Of a stretch of 64,000 nt of DNA, positions 1 through 8,719 are shown in pieces. A program made the position numbers and the translations under genes. The notes below the pieces were generated by a model. It saw only the letters and a program-made list of their open reading frames with translations, did not search any database and had not been told where the DNA came from. Each line of letters begins with the position of its first letter. Position 1 is the stretch's first letter. This DNA comes from Gemmatimonadota bacterium (GTDB taxonomy: Bacteria; Gemmatimonadota; Gemmatimonadetes; Gemmatimonadales; GWC2-71-9): contig JBDGZZ010000002.1 of assembly GCA_039588335.1 (NCBI GenBank), positions 2,064 through 66,063 of the forward strand. Reading direction: 5' to 3'.

Positions 1-148
1 CTGGGCGCCCGGCACCCGGAAGCTCAGGGATAGGATCTGGTGGCGGAGCCAGTGTTTGAGCTACGAGCTGGACCGGAACTAGTGAGAGCAAGGCCGATAT
101 GCGCACTGAGTGTGATCTCCCGTAGTGTGTTAGTTTGATTCTAGCGTC

Positions 149-1009
149 TTGACGGACCTCCGTCGAGGCCATCAAACTTCAGCATCCGAGAATCATAATG
201 CTTGTTTACCCGAGACCGATATGACCGATCCAGCGACGGCAGAGACTGGCATTGACCAAGAGAAGCTCGAGACACGCATACGAGACCTCGAGCACGAGCG
301 GAAACTACTGCTCGCTGTGGTGGATATCTTGCAGGACATATCCGGCACGCTCCATTTCGTCGATATCCTCCAGGTCATCACACGCAAGCTTGGAGAGACC
401 TTCGGACTGGACCGGTGCTCGATCTTTTTGATCCAGCATGGCACTTCCAAGGCGCGCCTGGTAGCATCTTACGAGGATCCCTCGATCAGGAACTACTTGG
501 TAGATGTCGATCGTTATCCTGAGCTCAAACGCGCTCTGGAGTCAGGAGAAACCGTATACATCCCGGATGCGACCAGCGATCCCAACCTGAAACACATAAA
601 AGGAGTTCTGAAGAGTCGTCGGGTTCAAGCCATTACCGTTGTACCGATAATGTGGCGCGGCTCAGCGATCGGCGCGATGTTCATGCGAACGTTTCGCGAT
701 GGCCCGGCATTCTCCGACGCCGATGTGCACTTCACACAGATTGTGGCCGGTCTGGCTGCCAAGACTCTCCACAACGCATTCCGGTATGAACAGCTCGTCA
801 GGCGTCAGTCGGATGAGTCGGCTCTGACACGACGGACCGATTTTGAGCGGATCGCCCTGGTCGGATTCCTGAGACGCTTGCTGGACGCATGGGTCAACCG
901 TGAAGGAGCATGGGGTGAGGGAGTGCTTTCGAGAACGTCGGGCGAAGAACTCGACCGCCTCGTCGATGTCGCCATGACCGTTGTCGAAGAGGAGGCGAAG
1001 GGACACTGA
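149..1009 (+). CDS. GAF domain-containing protein
   Basis: 286-aa ORF. The central ~150 aa (LAVVDILQDISGTL...LDRCSIFLI...VVPIMWRGSAIGAMFM...) matches the GAF fold pattern. No recognisable output domain. TTG start, so the start is uncertain. Confidence 0.65.
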   Translation: MTDLRRGHQTSASENHNACLPETDMTDPATAETGIDQEKLETRIRDLEHERKLLLAVVDILQDISGTLHFVDILQVITRKLGETFGLDRCSIFLIQHGTSKARLVASYEDPSIRNYLVDVDRYPELKRALESGETVYIPDATSDPNLKHIKGVLKSRRVQAITVVPIMWRGSAIGAMFMRTFRDGPAFSDADVHFTQIVAGLAAKTLHNAFRYEQLVRRQSDESALTRRTDFERIALVGFLRRLLDAWVNREGAWGEGVLSRTSGEELDRLVDVAMTVVEEEAKGH

Positions 1010-1069
1010 GGCTTGCGCGGCGCTCGAGGTTGAGCCTATGTTGCGCCGGACCAAGCTTGGCATGGACAG

Positions 1070-1621
1070 ATGACGACTCAGACTCCTGATATCGAGATGA
1101 TTGCCGTGGGCAGCGGCGCGCTGCACTCGCTGCGGCGCTCGCTCTCACGTGATTTGGGCGAGCAGGCGGCCATCCCGCTGCAGGAAGCCGGCTTCGCAGC
1201 AGGTGGGCAGGTCTACGAGAGCTTCAAGGCGTGGCTGCCGGATTACGCAGGTGTCGACGATCCGGCCAAATTGGACGCCACCGTCTTGGGCGAGGTTCTG
1301 TCAGCGTTCTTTGAGGCGCTTGGCTGGGGCAGACTGACGCTGGAGAGAGCGGGTAAGGAGGCCCTCGCAATAACGTCCACCAACTGGGCTGAAGCCGAGC
1401 CCGGTGGCGAGGCAACCACCCCATCATGCTATGTGGCCTCAGGCCTATTTGCTGATTTCATGGGACGGATGTCTGGAATGCAGGTCGCTGTCATGGAAGT
1501 GGAATGCCGGACTCTGGACCAGCCGCACTGTCGCTTTCTGGTCGGTACTCCCGAGACGATGGAAAAGGTCTGGGAGACGTTAGCTGAAGGCGGTGACTAC
1601 AAAGCGGCGTTGCCGGGTTGA
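1070..1621 (+). CDS. V4R (4-vinyl reductase-like) small-molecule-binding domain protein
   Basis: 183-aa ORF. The C-terminal CYVASGLFADFMGRMSG...VMEVECRTLDQPHCRFLV fits the V4R Cys/Gly pattern. Lies 60 nt downstream of the GAF gene. Confidence 0.5.
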   Translation: MTTQTPDIEMIAVGSGALHSLRRSLSRDLGEQAAIPLQEAGFAAGGQVYESFKAWLPDYAGVDDPAKLDATVLGEVLSAFFEALGWGRLTLERAGKEALAITSTNWAEAEPGGEATTPSCYVASGLFADFMGRMSGMQVAVMEVECRTLDQPHCRFLVGTPETMEKVWETLAEGGDYKAALPG

Positions 1622-2190
1622 GGTGCCCCACCCCACCCATCCTGTAGCTTGTCGGCATAATCGGGCCGCAGGACCAACTCTCCGTTCATTATGATCTCTC
1701 GATCCCACGGGAGAATGATGAAGGCCTCCGTGGCCATCGCACAGTAATCTGGCTCGTATTTTCCGGTCATCAGTGAGACAGCAGTCCGAATTTCCGCGGG
1801 GTTCTTCTTCTTCACGGCGGAGAGTGCAAGCTTGAGGGTATCACCGGAATCACAGGTTTCGTCCACGATGAGCACGCGGCGCCCGGCAACATTGGGCGGG
1901 GGTTCGGTCACCAAAGTCGGGCTCGTGGCCGTTCCGAGCCGTGTCACGGCCATCGAAGCAAAATCGCGCTGGAGGATCGAGGCCACGACAGCCCCGGGAA
2001 TGACCCCGGCCTTGGCGATTCCTAGCACCAGTTCGGGGTCGTAGCTTCCGGCTATGCGAAGGGCCAGGGCGCGACATAACTCTCCGAAGAAGGTCCAGTC
2101 GATCTCCAGGACGTCTTTTTGAGGGTTGCTGGCATTCATTTGAGGCACAGAGGCAACGTAGTACGGAGGGAAGGGTTGGTACAGGGGCAA
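1597..2190 (-). CDS. phosphoribosyltransferase family protein (purine PRTase-like)
   Basis: PRPP-binding motif RRVLIVDETCDSGDTL. TTG start preceded by GAGGAG 4 nt upstream. Its 3' end overlaps the convergent V4R gene by 25 nt. Confidence 0.7.
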   Translation of the reverse strand: MPLYQPFPPYYVASVPQMNASNPQKDVLEIDWTFFGELCRALALRIAGSYDPELVLGIAKAGVIPGAVVASILQRDFASMAVTRLGTATSPTLVTEPPPNVAGRRVLIVDETCDSGDTLKLALSAVKKKNPAEIRTAVSLMTGKYEPDYCAMATEAFIILPWDREIIMNGELVLRPDYADKLQDGWGGAPQPGNAAL

Positions 2191-2239
2191 CCCACTCCTC
2201 GTTGCCTACCACTACACCCTTTAATATCTTGGGCGTGCG

Positions 2240-2674
2240 ATGGCTTTCTGGAAACGCCTCTTCGGACGGACCCGTGGCACAGAGCTGAAGCCACAGCGGC
2301 TCGACTACCTCAATGAGGCGTTGGCCCTGGAGCGGCAAGGCGACTACGACGCTGCACTCACTTCTTACCGGCTCGCACTCCGCGATCACCCGGCCGACCC
2401 GCGTGTGCTGCAAAACATGGCGATTGCATACACCAAGACCCACCGTCACGACGAGGCTATACGCTTCTACAGGCGCGCTCTCGAGATAGACGACACCCTG
2501 GCCGGTGCCCATTACGGACTCGCGTTTCTCCTGCTCCACCGAGGAGAAGGCGAGTATGCCGAGCGACATTTACGCCATTTCCTGGCCCGTCCTCCTAGAG
2601 GACCCGACGCAGAGAAGTGGATCGAACACGCCCGCGAGGCCCTGGCAGAACTGAACACGGAGAGCGACAACTGA
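2240..2674 (+). CDS. TPR repeat protein
   Basis: 144 aa with repeated A..Y..AL...P....A...LA helical-pair patterns (YRLALRDHPADPRVLQNMAIAY, FYRRALEIDDTLAGAHYGLAFLL). Confidence 0.6.
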   Translation: MAFWKRLFGRTRGTELKPQRLDYLNEALALERQGDYDAALTSYRLALRDHPADPRVLQNMAIAYTKTHRHDEAIRFYRRALEIDDTLAGAHYGLAFLLLHRGEGEYAERHLRHFLARPPRGPDAEKWIEHAREALAELNTESDN

Positions 2675-3420
2675 GAATTCTGGCCGCCACCGCGATTCTC
2701 TTGGTTGCCTGCGATCCCCTCGCAAACGACAGCGACAAGGTCATCGCCCTAGAAATCGATGGAACCCCGGAACGGACTGTTGAGGAAGGTGACACTTTGA
2801 CGCTGAAGGCCCGAGCGCTCAACGTGGCCGGCGATACGGTTCCTGGGACAGTCATAACCTGGGAAATGGTTGACGTCGATAGCGGTCAAGTCGGTTTCAC
2901 CATCGACGGCGCCACTGGGCTCATTACCGCCCACGCTCCGGGAAGCGGGAGGGTACGGCCCCGAGTCGAAGAATTGACGACTCTGGCCGTGGTATTTGTG
3001 ACGGTGACGGCTGCTCCGGACTCTGTGGGGCCGAGTGGCGGGCAGACGGTCACAATGGCAGTTACTGACTCCGTCTCGCCACCCCTGACTGTTGTTGTGT
3101 ATCAATTAACGGACGAATCGGCCAGTCCTGTGGCACTTGGAGAGAAGCCGGTGCACTTTTATGTTGTGGAACCATTGCCGGGCTCGAGTGAGGCGGGTGG
3201 GTTCTTTCTCACCGCTCAGGACAGTGTAGAGGCAGGCTCCGATCCGCACAGTGTGACCGTCACGACAGACGCGGGTGGCAGTGCGTCAGTCGTCGTCAGG
3301 CGCATCGCCGATTCCATTGTTCCTGACAGTGCCATGGTAGAAGCCTCGGTCACGGCCGCGACAGGCGGGGCCGTGTCGGGGTCCCCCGTTCGCTTCGTGG
3401 TCATCTTCGATGGCAACTGA
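2617..3420 (+). CDS. lipoprotein with bacterial Ig-like (Big_2-type) domains
   Basis: GTG start, then a positively charged N-region, hydrophobic ILAATAILLV and lipobox LLVAC. The rest is beta-rich with Ig-like repeats. Start is uncertain; as drawn it overlaps the TPR gene by 58 nt. Confidence 0.5.
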   Translation: MDRTRPRGPGRTEHGERQLRILAATAILLVACDPLANDSDKVIALEIDGTPERTVEEGDTLTLKARALNVAGDTVPGTVITWEMVDVDSGQVGFTIDGATGLITAHAPGSGRVRPRVEELTTLAVVFVTVTAAPDSVGPSGGQTVTMAVTDSVSPPLTVVVYQLTDESASPVALGEKPVHFYVVEPLPGSSEAGGFFLTAQDSVEAGSDPHSVTVTTDAGGSASVVVRRIADSIVPDSAMVEASVTAATGGAVSGSPVRFVVIFDGN

Positions 3421-3449
3421 TTGCCGACAGGAAGGGATGGAGGTACACA

Positions 3450-5237
3450 GTGAACTCTCCTGAGACCCTCACACAGCTCTTCTTCAACGCGATTGATCGT
3501 TTTAGTTCAAAACGTGCCGCTCTGCGTTACAAGAAGGACGGCGCCTGGCACGACATCACCCATCACGAACTTGGCCGGAGAGTCCACCATGCTGCCCTCG
3601 GGCTGATGGAACTCGGCATAAGGCCCGGCGATCGCGTTGCCATCATGGCGGAGAACCAGCCAGAGTGGGCACTGGCGGATTTTGCGATTCTCACTGCCCG
3701 CTGTGCCGACGTGCCCATCTACCCAACTCTTCCACCCCCGCAGGCGGCATACATCCTCAACGATTCCGGGGCATGTGCTGTCTTCGTGGCCGACCGTGAA
3801 CAGTACCAGAAAGTTGCCGAATCTCGAGGAGGGCTCCCGCAACTCAAGCACGTCGTTTCGTTCGATGACGCTCTCGATGAGTCCGGCGTCATCGGACTCA
3901 GCGAGCTCATTCAGAGAGGTGCGGCAGTAGAGCCGGACTACCCCGACTATCAACGTGACGCGTGTTCCGTCGACCGCGACAGCCTCGCCACATTGATTTA
4001 CACATCGGGAACTACGGGTGAACCCAAGGGCGTTATGCTTTCCCACTACAACATCGCGTCAAACGTGGAAGCCGCTTTGAAGATCGTCCAGATAGGTCCC
4101 GACGACAGTTGCCTCTCTCTCCTGCCCCTGTCTCACAGCTTCGAACGGATGGCCGGCCATTACACCATGTTCCAGGCCGGTACGACCATCAGTTATGCCG
4201 AGAGTGTCGAGCAGGTACCAGCCAACCTGCTCGAGGTCAAGCCATCTATCGTCCTCTCTGTGCCTCGGCTCTTTGAGAAGATCTACGCCAGAGTTCTGGA
4301 GAACGCCATGTCCGGCGGAGCACTCAAACGGCGGATTTTCTTCTGGGCTCGGCGGACAGCAGAAGCCTGGGCCGATCGAACGCTCTCAGGTCAGCCGATC
4401 CCAGCCGGTCTGGCCTTGAAGAAGAAGGTGGCTGACAAGCTGGTGTTCTCCAAACTTCAGGCTCGCACTGGCGGCCGCATCCGGTTCTTCGTGTCCGGAG
4501 GTGCACCTCTCTCTCCGGAGATCGCACGGTTCTTCTACGCTGCGGGGATTCCCATTTTGGAAGGCTATGGCCTCACCGAAACATCACCCCTGATTGCAGT
4601 CAACCCGCTAGAGGCTCCCCGGATAGGGACTGTAGGCCCGCCCTGTCCAGGAGTGGAAGTGCGCATTGCTTCCGACGGGGAGGTACTCTCACGGGGACCC
4701 AATACCATGTTGGGGTACTACAATAAGCCCGATGCTACCGCGGAGGCTATCGACTCCGATGGGTGGTTCCACACCGGAGATATCGGGGAACTGGACCCAG
4801 AAGGCTACGTTAAGATCACGGACCGCAAGAAGGACATCATCGTCACTGCGGGAGGAAAGAACATCGCTCCACAGCCGATCGAGAACATGGTCAAGACCAA
4901 CAAGTTCGTGCTCAACGCCGTCCTGTTGGGTGACAGACGAAAGTACCCGATAATGATCGTAGTGCCAGATCCAGACGCAGTGAAGAGGTGGGCTGAGGAA
5001 CGACGCATCACCGGTGCCGAAGACATTTTGCAGCACACCGACGTAATTGCCATGGTGGAAAGGGAGGTGATGGGTAGCTTGCGTGACCTGGCCAGCTACG
5101 AAATGCCCAAGAAGGTGCTCTTGGTCAAGGACGACTTTACGATCGAGGCAGGTGAGCTAACGCCGACGCTCAAGGTGAAGAGACGAGTAGTAGAAGAGAA
5201 ATATCAGGATAGTATCGAGGAGTTGTACGCCGGATAG
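3450..5237 (+). CDS. long-chain fatty-acid--CoA ligase (AMP-dependent synthetase/ligase)
   Basis: AMP-binding signature LIYTSGTTGEPKGVMLSH, then GYGLTE and WFHTGDIGELDPEGYVKITDRKKD. 595 aa is the typical length. Confidence 0.9.
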   Translation: MNSPETLTQLFFNAIDRFSSKRAALRYKKDGAWHDITHHELGRRVHHAALGLMELGIRPGDRVAIMAENQPEWALADFAILTARCADVPIYPTLPPPQAAYILNDSGACAVFVADREQYQKVAESRGGLPQLKHVVSFDDALDESGVIGLSELIQRGAAVEPDYPDYQRDACSVDRDSLATLIYTSGTTGEPKGVMLSHYNIASNVEAALKIVQIGPDDSCLSLLPLSHSFERMAGHYTMFQAGTTISYAESVEQVPANLLEVKPSIVLSVPRLFEKIYARVLENAMSGGALKRRIFFWARRTAEAWADRTLSGQPIPAGLALKKKVADKLVFSKLQARTGGRIRFFVSGGAPLSPEIARFFYAAGIPILEGYGLTETSPLIAVNPLEAPRIGTVGPPCPGVEVRIASDGEVLSRGPNTMLGYYNKPDATAEAIDSDGWFHTGDIGELDPEGYVKITDRKKDIIVTAGGKNIAPQPIENMVKTNKFVLNAVLLGDRRKYPIMIVVPDPDAVKRWAEERRITGAEDILQHTDVIAMVEREVMGSLRDLASYEMPKKVLLVKDDFTIEAGELTPTLKVKRRVVEEKYQDSIEELYAG

Positions 5238-5253
5238 GTGACAGACCGGGCCT

Positions 5254-5868
5254 TCAATCGGCCTCTTTTTGCCCCACCCATACTCCCCGTTCGGCGGCTA
5301 GCCGAGTGACACCCTGTACCGCGCTTTTCTCGTCAGCTACTACTATGCGGGATCCTCTGGCGAGGACGCGAACACCCTCTTCGAGCCACGGTTCCTCCGC
5401 ATACTCCTTGCCCACAACCACACCTCTAGCCATCGACGACCTCAGTGGAATCGTTGCCGGTGACCGAAGCAAGCTGAGCACGTCCGATTCGCTCACATCC
5501 GGCGGGGGATTTATCCCGACAAAGCTGATGCCATCGAGATGATCGCACAGATGTGTGGCAAGGCGCGTAACAGAACCCACCAGCACGACGTAACCTCCCG
5601 AGGAGCCTAGCGACAACAACGCCTCCACCAAGTCGGGATCCGGAATCTCCTCCACCGTGAGATCGTCCGATCGACTGTGGCCGCCAAGCAGGGGATCCAT
5701 CCCGAACTCAACGACTCCATCGGCGATCGCGAATTCCGTCTCGCAGGCAGGGCATCCTACCGTTCCCTGAATCACCCTGCGCCCTTCCGTCTTCTCTGAC
5801 GAAAGAACACAGTATGTCTCCTCGTGGACCTCCGGACAGCGCAGCATCTCGGCAAGTTCAATGAACAT
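5254..5868 (-). CDS. hypothetical protein with N-terminal Trm112-like zinc ribbon
   Basis: N-terminus LRCPEVHEE...GCPACETEFAIADGVVEF is a Trm112/zinc-ribbon-like CP...CPxC pattern. The C-terminal part looks like a degenerate Rossmann domain. Last gene of the folE-SDR string. Confidence 0.4.
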   Translation of the reverse strand: MFIELAEMLRCPEVHEETYCVLSSEKTEGRRVIQGTVGCPACETEFAIADGVVEFGMDPLLGGHSRSDDLTVEEIPDPDLVEALLSLGSSGGYVVLVGSVTRLATHLCDHLDGISFVGINPPPDVSESDVLSLLRSPATIPLRSSMARGVVVGKEYAEEPWLEEGVRVLARGSRIVVADEKSAVQGVTRLAAERGVWVGQKEAD

Positions 5869-5881
5869 CCCATTCCCTTCG

Positions 5882-6589
5882 TTACACCGTTGGCATGATA
5901 CGCATCAACTCGACGTTGACTCTCGGAGGTCGTGTGACTGCAAACAAAACACCCTGAGCGACATCTTCGGCGTGCATCATATCGGCCCTGTCGATGAGAT
6001 CCTTCCGTCCCTCAGCATCCAGCTCATCCCATAGCGCTGTATCGGTCGGCCCTGGCGAAATCAGAGTCATCCTAACGTCGGTTCCCGCCAACTCCCGGCA
6101 GAGCACTTCATGCAGTCCACGTAAACCGAACTTGCTAGACGCATAAGCGGCATTGCCTGGAAAGGGTACGTGATCTGCGATGCTCCCAACCGTGACTATG
6201 TGAGAATGCTCTTTGCGAATCAAATGCGGTACCAGCTCACGCAATAGCAGGAACGGACCCATCAGGTTGACTGCAAACTGCTCCTTGAAGTCCTCGGTCG
6301 TCGTCTCTGCCAGGGATTTCAACACGAACGCTCCAGCGTTGTTGACGACGATGTCGGGAATGCCAATCTCAGCCAACACGCCAGACACAGCCTGCCGAAC
6401 CTCAGCCTCATTCGTCACATCACAAGGGATGTCGACCTGCCCGTCCTTCATACCCGCCGACAGCGTGCGCGCCAGTCGTACCACGTAGGCCCCTTCGGCC
6501 AACATTGCTTCGCAAATGGCGAGCCCTATCCCACGGCTCGCCCCGGTCACAAGAGCAATCTTGCCAGCTAGCGTACTCAATCCAGCCAA
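5882..6589 (-). CDS. SDR family oxidoreductase
   Basis: Cofactor motif [13 protein letters not shown], and catalytic YASSKFGL (YxxxK). 235 aa. Confidence 0.85.
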   Translation of the reverse strand: MAGLSTLAGKIALVTGASRGIGLAICEAMLAEGAYVVRLARTLSAGMKDGQVDIPCDVTNEAEVRQAVSGVLAEIGIPDIVVNNAGAFVLKSLAETTTEDFKEQFAVNLMGPFLLLRELVPHLIRKEHSHIVTVGSIADHVPFPGNAAYASSKFGLRGLHEVLCRELAGTDVRMTLISPGPTDTALWDELDAEGRKDLIDRADMMHAEDVAQGVLFAVTRPPRVNVELMRIMPTV

Positions 6590-7182
6590 CTCCCCCCGTG
6601 AACGAGCCGGAGGAATTCATCTCGCGTCTTTCCGTCGAGGAACGAACCCCGCAGCGCACTCGTGACGGTCTTGGAATGCTGCTTTTCGACTCCACGCATC
6701 ATCATGCACAAATGGTAAGCTTCAATTACAACGCCTACTCCGTGCGGCTCCAGGACCTCCATCAAGGCGTCGGCGACTTGATCGGTGAGCCGCTCCTGCA
6801 CCTGGAGGCGGCGGGCGAACACATCGACGACCCTGGGAATCTTCGAGAGTCCGATGATCTTGCCCTGAGGTAGGTAGGCTACGTGCGCCTTTCCAAAGAA
6901 TGGCAACAAATGGTGCTCGCAGAGCGAGTAGAGCTCCACATCTCGAACAAGAATCATGCTATCGTGCGGTTCCTCAAAAACGGCACCGTTCACGACTTCG
7001 GCCACCGTACTCCTATATCCGCGCGTCATCCATTCGAGTGACGTTGCCACTCGCTCCGGCGTTTTGAGCAGCCCCTCTCTGGTAGGGTCCTCTCCGACAT
7101 GTTCCAAGACCTGCCGAACGAACTCTTCAATGACAACGCCTTCGTCAGACACGTTGTCGAGCTTTCTCAGTCGTTCGCTCAT
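6577..7182 (-). CDS. folE: GTP cyclohydrolase I
   Basis: Signature [21 protein letters not shown] prefer the ATG at 7182 (MSERL...), which has GGAG 8 nt upstream. The track start at 7272 would sit on the predicted transcription start. Confidence 0.9.
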   Translation of the reverse strand: MSERLRKLDNVSDEGVVIEEFVRQVLEHVGEDPTREGLLKTPERVATSLEWMTRGYRSTVAEVVNGAVFEEPHDSMILVRDVELYSLCEHHLLPFFGKAHVAYLPQGKIIGLSKIPRVVDVFARRLQVQERLTDQVADALMEVLEPHGVGVVIEAYHLCMMMRGVEKQHSKTVTSALRGSFLDGKTRDEFLRLVHGGSWLD

Positions 7183-7281
7183 AGGCCTGACTCCGCAAGC
7201 TGTATTTGACCGTTTGACACCAGATTCAAGAGTCTTTGTGTCCCGATACCCACGACACGGCATATCTCCCATGGACTGTGA

Positions 7282-7310
7282 AGGCTATTTTCGCTTCCAG
7301 TTGCCGTCAA
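7282..7310 (-). promoter_or_regulatory. putative sigma70-type promoter of folE
   Basis: Minus strand reads TTGACG-N17-TAGCCT, about 90 nt upstream of the folE ATG and immediately downstream of the terminator at 7328..7359. Confidence 0.4.
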
Positions 7311-7327
7311 GCTGGCAACCCCGTTAC

Positions 7328-7359
7328 AAAAAAGGCGCGCCCTTCGGGGCGCACCTTTT
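7328..7359 (-). terminator. rho-independent terminator (bidirectional shape, stronger on minus strand)
   Basis: GGUGCGCCC-CGAA-GGGCGCGCC hairpin (one G:U) followed by UUUUUU on the minus strand. On the plus strand it is followed by only UUUU. Confidence 0.7.
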
Positions 7360-7527
7360 GATGTTTCCAAGTGCGGAACGAAGAGTATTATTGAAGCCCG
7401 AATCAATACGGCCCGTGTCCTAGCTGCAACATCTGCCTTCCCAATCTCAGGGCATGACATTGGCAGCAGCAAGCGGACACGCATTCGAGCTTGTTGGCTC
7501 AATAATGTCTCTCTTCGCCCCGCTTAT
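7328..7527 (-). ncRNA. candidate ~200-nt small RNA (promoter-to-terminator unit without a credible ORF)
   Basis: Bounded by a near-consensus promoter (7534..7562) and the terminator at 7328..7359. The only long frame reads through the terminator hairpin. An extended hairpin is possible at 7415..7480 (GUGUCC..GCUGC-UGCC / GGCA..GCAGC..GGACAC). Confidence 0.3.
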
Positions 7528-7533
7528 ATTGCG

Positions 7534-7562
7534 AATATAGACGTAGTGCAGAATAGCGTCAA
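7534..7562 (-). promoter_or_regulatory. near-consensus sigma70-type promoter (minus strand)
   Basis: Minus strand reads TTGACG-ctattctgcactacgtc(17)-TATATT, inside a locally AT-rich stretch. Confidence 0.5.
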
Positions 7563-7591
7563 GGAAGTCCGAATTCTCTAGGGGGAAAGCA

Positions 7592-7744
7592 ATGAACTTC
7601 AACTACCTGGGTGCCTCATTCAGTATTCTATTGTGGATGTATTTGCTATTCATTGCAGCGGTACCGAGTGGCTGGGTTCATCTACTTCTGGCCGTCGGTG
7701 TGGTCCTTGTGGCTAGAGGTATAGTTAATGAGAAGAAGAAGTGA
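7592..7744 (+). CDS. small two-helix membrane protein (50 aa; resembles the lmo0937/DUF5670-type small membrane protein family)
   Basis: Below the ORF-track length cutoff. ATG preceded by GGGGGAAAGCA. Translation is MNFNYLGASFSILLWMYLLFIAAVPSGWVHLLLAVGVVLVARGIVNEKKK: two hydrophobic helices and a basic tail. Confidence 0.5.
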   Translation: MNFNYLGASFSILLWMYLLFIAAVPSGWVHLLLAVGVVLVARGIVNEKKK

Positions 7745-8719
7745 TCAGATTTCCCAATTCGAGAAGAGCACCTCGCCAGCCTGCGGGATCGGCTCGGGAT
7801 ACCCGATCAAGGTCATGCGGAGATCGGTCCAACGCACTTGGTACCCCAACCTGATCAGGGCTTCGAAGGCATCTCCGAAGGCGGTTTGACACCTGATGGC
7901 CACGTTAGGTATTCGCGCTTTGGCAGCACACTGTTCCAAGGCTACAACGAGCTTCTCAAGAGTAGCAACTGAGTCGCCAAACAGCTTTAGTACGCGGAGC
8001 TCGTCCTTGGAACGGCTCTGTGCCAGCGGCGCAGAATGCCACAGTGCGAACCCAGCGATTTCTCCGTTCTCCTCGATGACCGTTGTGTCACCGATTGCCA
8101 GCTCCGCAGTCAGCTCCAACTCTCGCGTGAAATCGAAGCCGCTTGCTACTCGGTCCAGGCGCTGACGGCAGCGTTCGATGAGTTCAGCCCTGTGCTGATG
8201 TGGAACATCACTCAAACACCGGAATTCAACTGAGGCGCCCTTGCGCTGCGCATCACCGGTCATGGTCATTGTCAGATACTGCGGTGCAAATCCCAGTTGG
8301 CCATAGAAACCAATGTTCTCGACGGTGCGCGGCATGGTCTCCAGGCCCAAGGTGGTCACACCAGCATTCTTCAACCATTCCATGGCCGTGCTGACTATGG
8401 TCTTCCCAACGCCGAGTCCTTGCCGATCCGCTCTGACAGCGAGTGGACCCATCCAGCCCTCGACACCTGAGTGATGAGCGATATTGAATGCCACCAACTC
8501 ATCACGCTGGTCGAACCAGAGCATCGCACCCTTCCCTGCATCGCTAATCGCATATTGCCAAATAGTGGCATTGAGCTGTGGTACGCGTACACCCACAAGG
8601 CCATCACGCCTGTACCGGTCGGTAAAGGAATCCGAGAACAACCGGTTCAGGGCCGGTACATCAGCCGTCTTAGGTCGCCTAGGACCGCTCAGTCCCTGAG
8701 CTAGCCGCCGAGCGTTCAC
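7745..8719 (-). CDS. GNAT family N-acetyltransferase (two GNAT-like halves)
   Basis: Acetyl-CoA motif RQGLGVGKTIVSTAMEWLKNAG...GFYGQLGF. The second half is also GNAT-like. 4-nt overlap with the sbcC stop. Confidence 0.8.
   Translation of the reverse strand: MNARRLAQGLSGPRRPKTADVPALNRLFSDSFTDRYRRDGLVGVRVPQLNATIWQYAISDAGKGAMLWFDQRDELVAFNIAHHSGVEGWMGPLAVRADRQGLGVGKTIVSTAMEWLKNAGVTTLGLETMPRTVENIGFYGQLGFAPQYLTMTMTGDAQRKGASVEFRCLSDVPHQHRAELIERCRQRLDRVASGFDFTRELELTAELAIGDTTVIEENGEIAGFALWHSAPLAQSRSKDELRVLKLFGDSVATLEKLVVALEQCAAKARIPNVAIRCQTAFGDAFEALIRLGYQVRWTDLRMTLIGYPEPIPQAGEVLFSNWEI

Noticed and set aside
1-148. Possible 3' end of a gene running in from the left edge
   Set aside because: All three plus-strand frames hit stops within ~80 nt, and the fragments are too short to recognise. 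Not annotated.
7183-7272. N-terminal 30-aa extension of folE (track start at 7272)
   Set aside because: The extension ([18 protein letters not shown]…) is not part of FolE as I know it. The ATG at 7182 has a proper GGAG, and the predicted promoter places the transcription start around 7275.
7179-7502. 107-aa minus-strand ORF between folE and the small membrane ORF
   Set aside because: It reads straight through a strong terminator hairpin and through the predicted folE promoter. Its composition is not protein-like. The region is better explained as non-coding RNA plus promoter.
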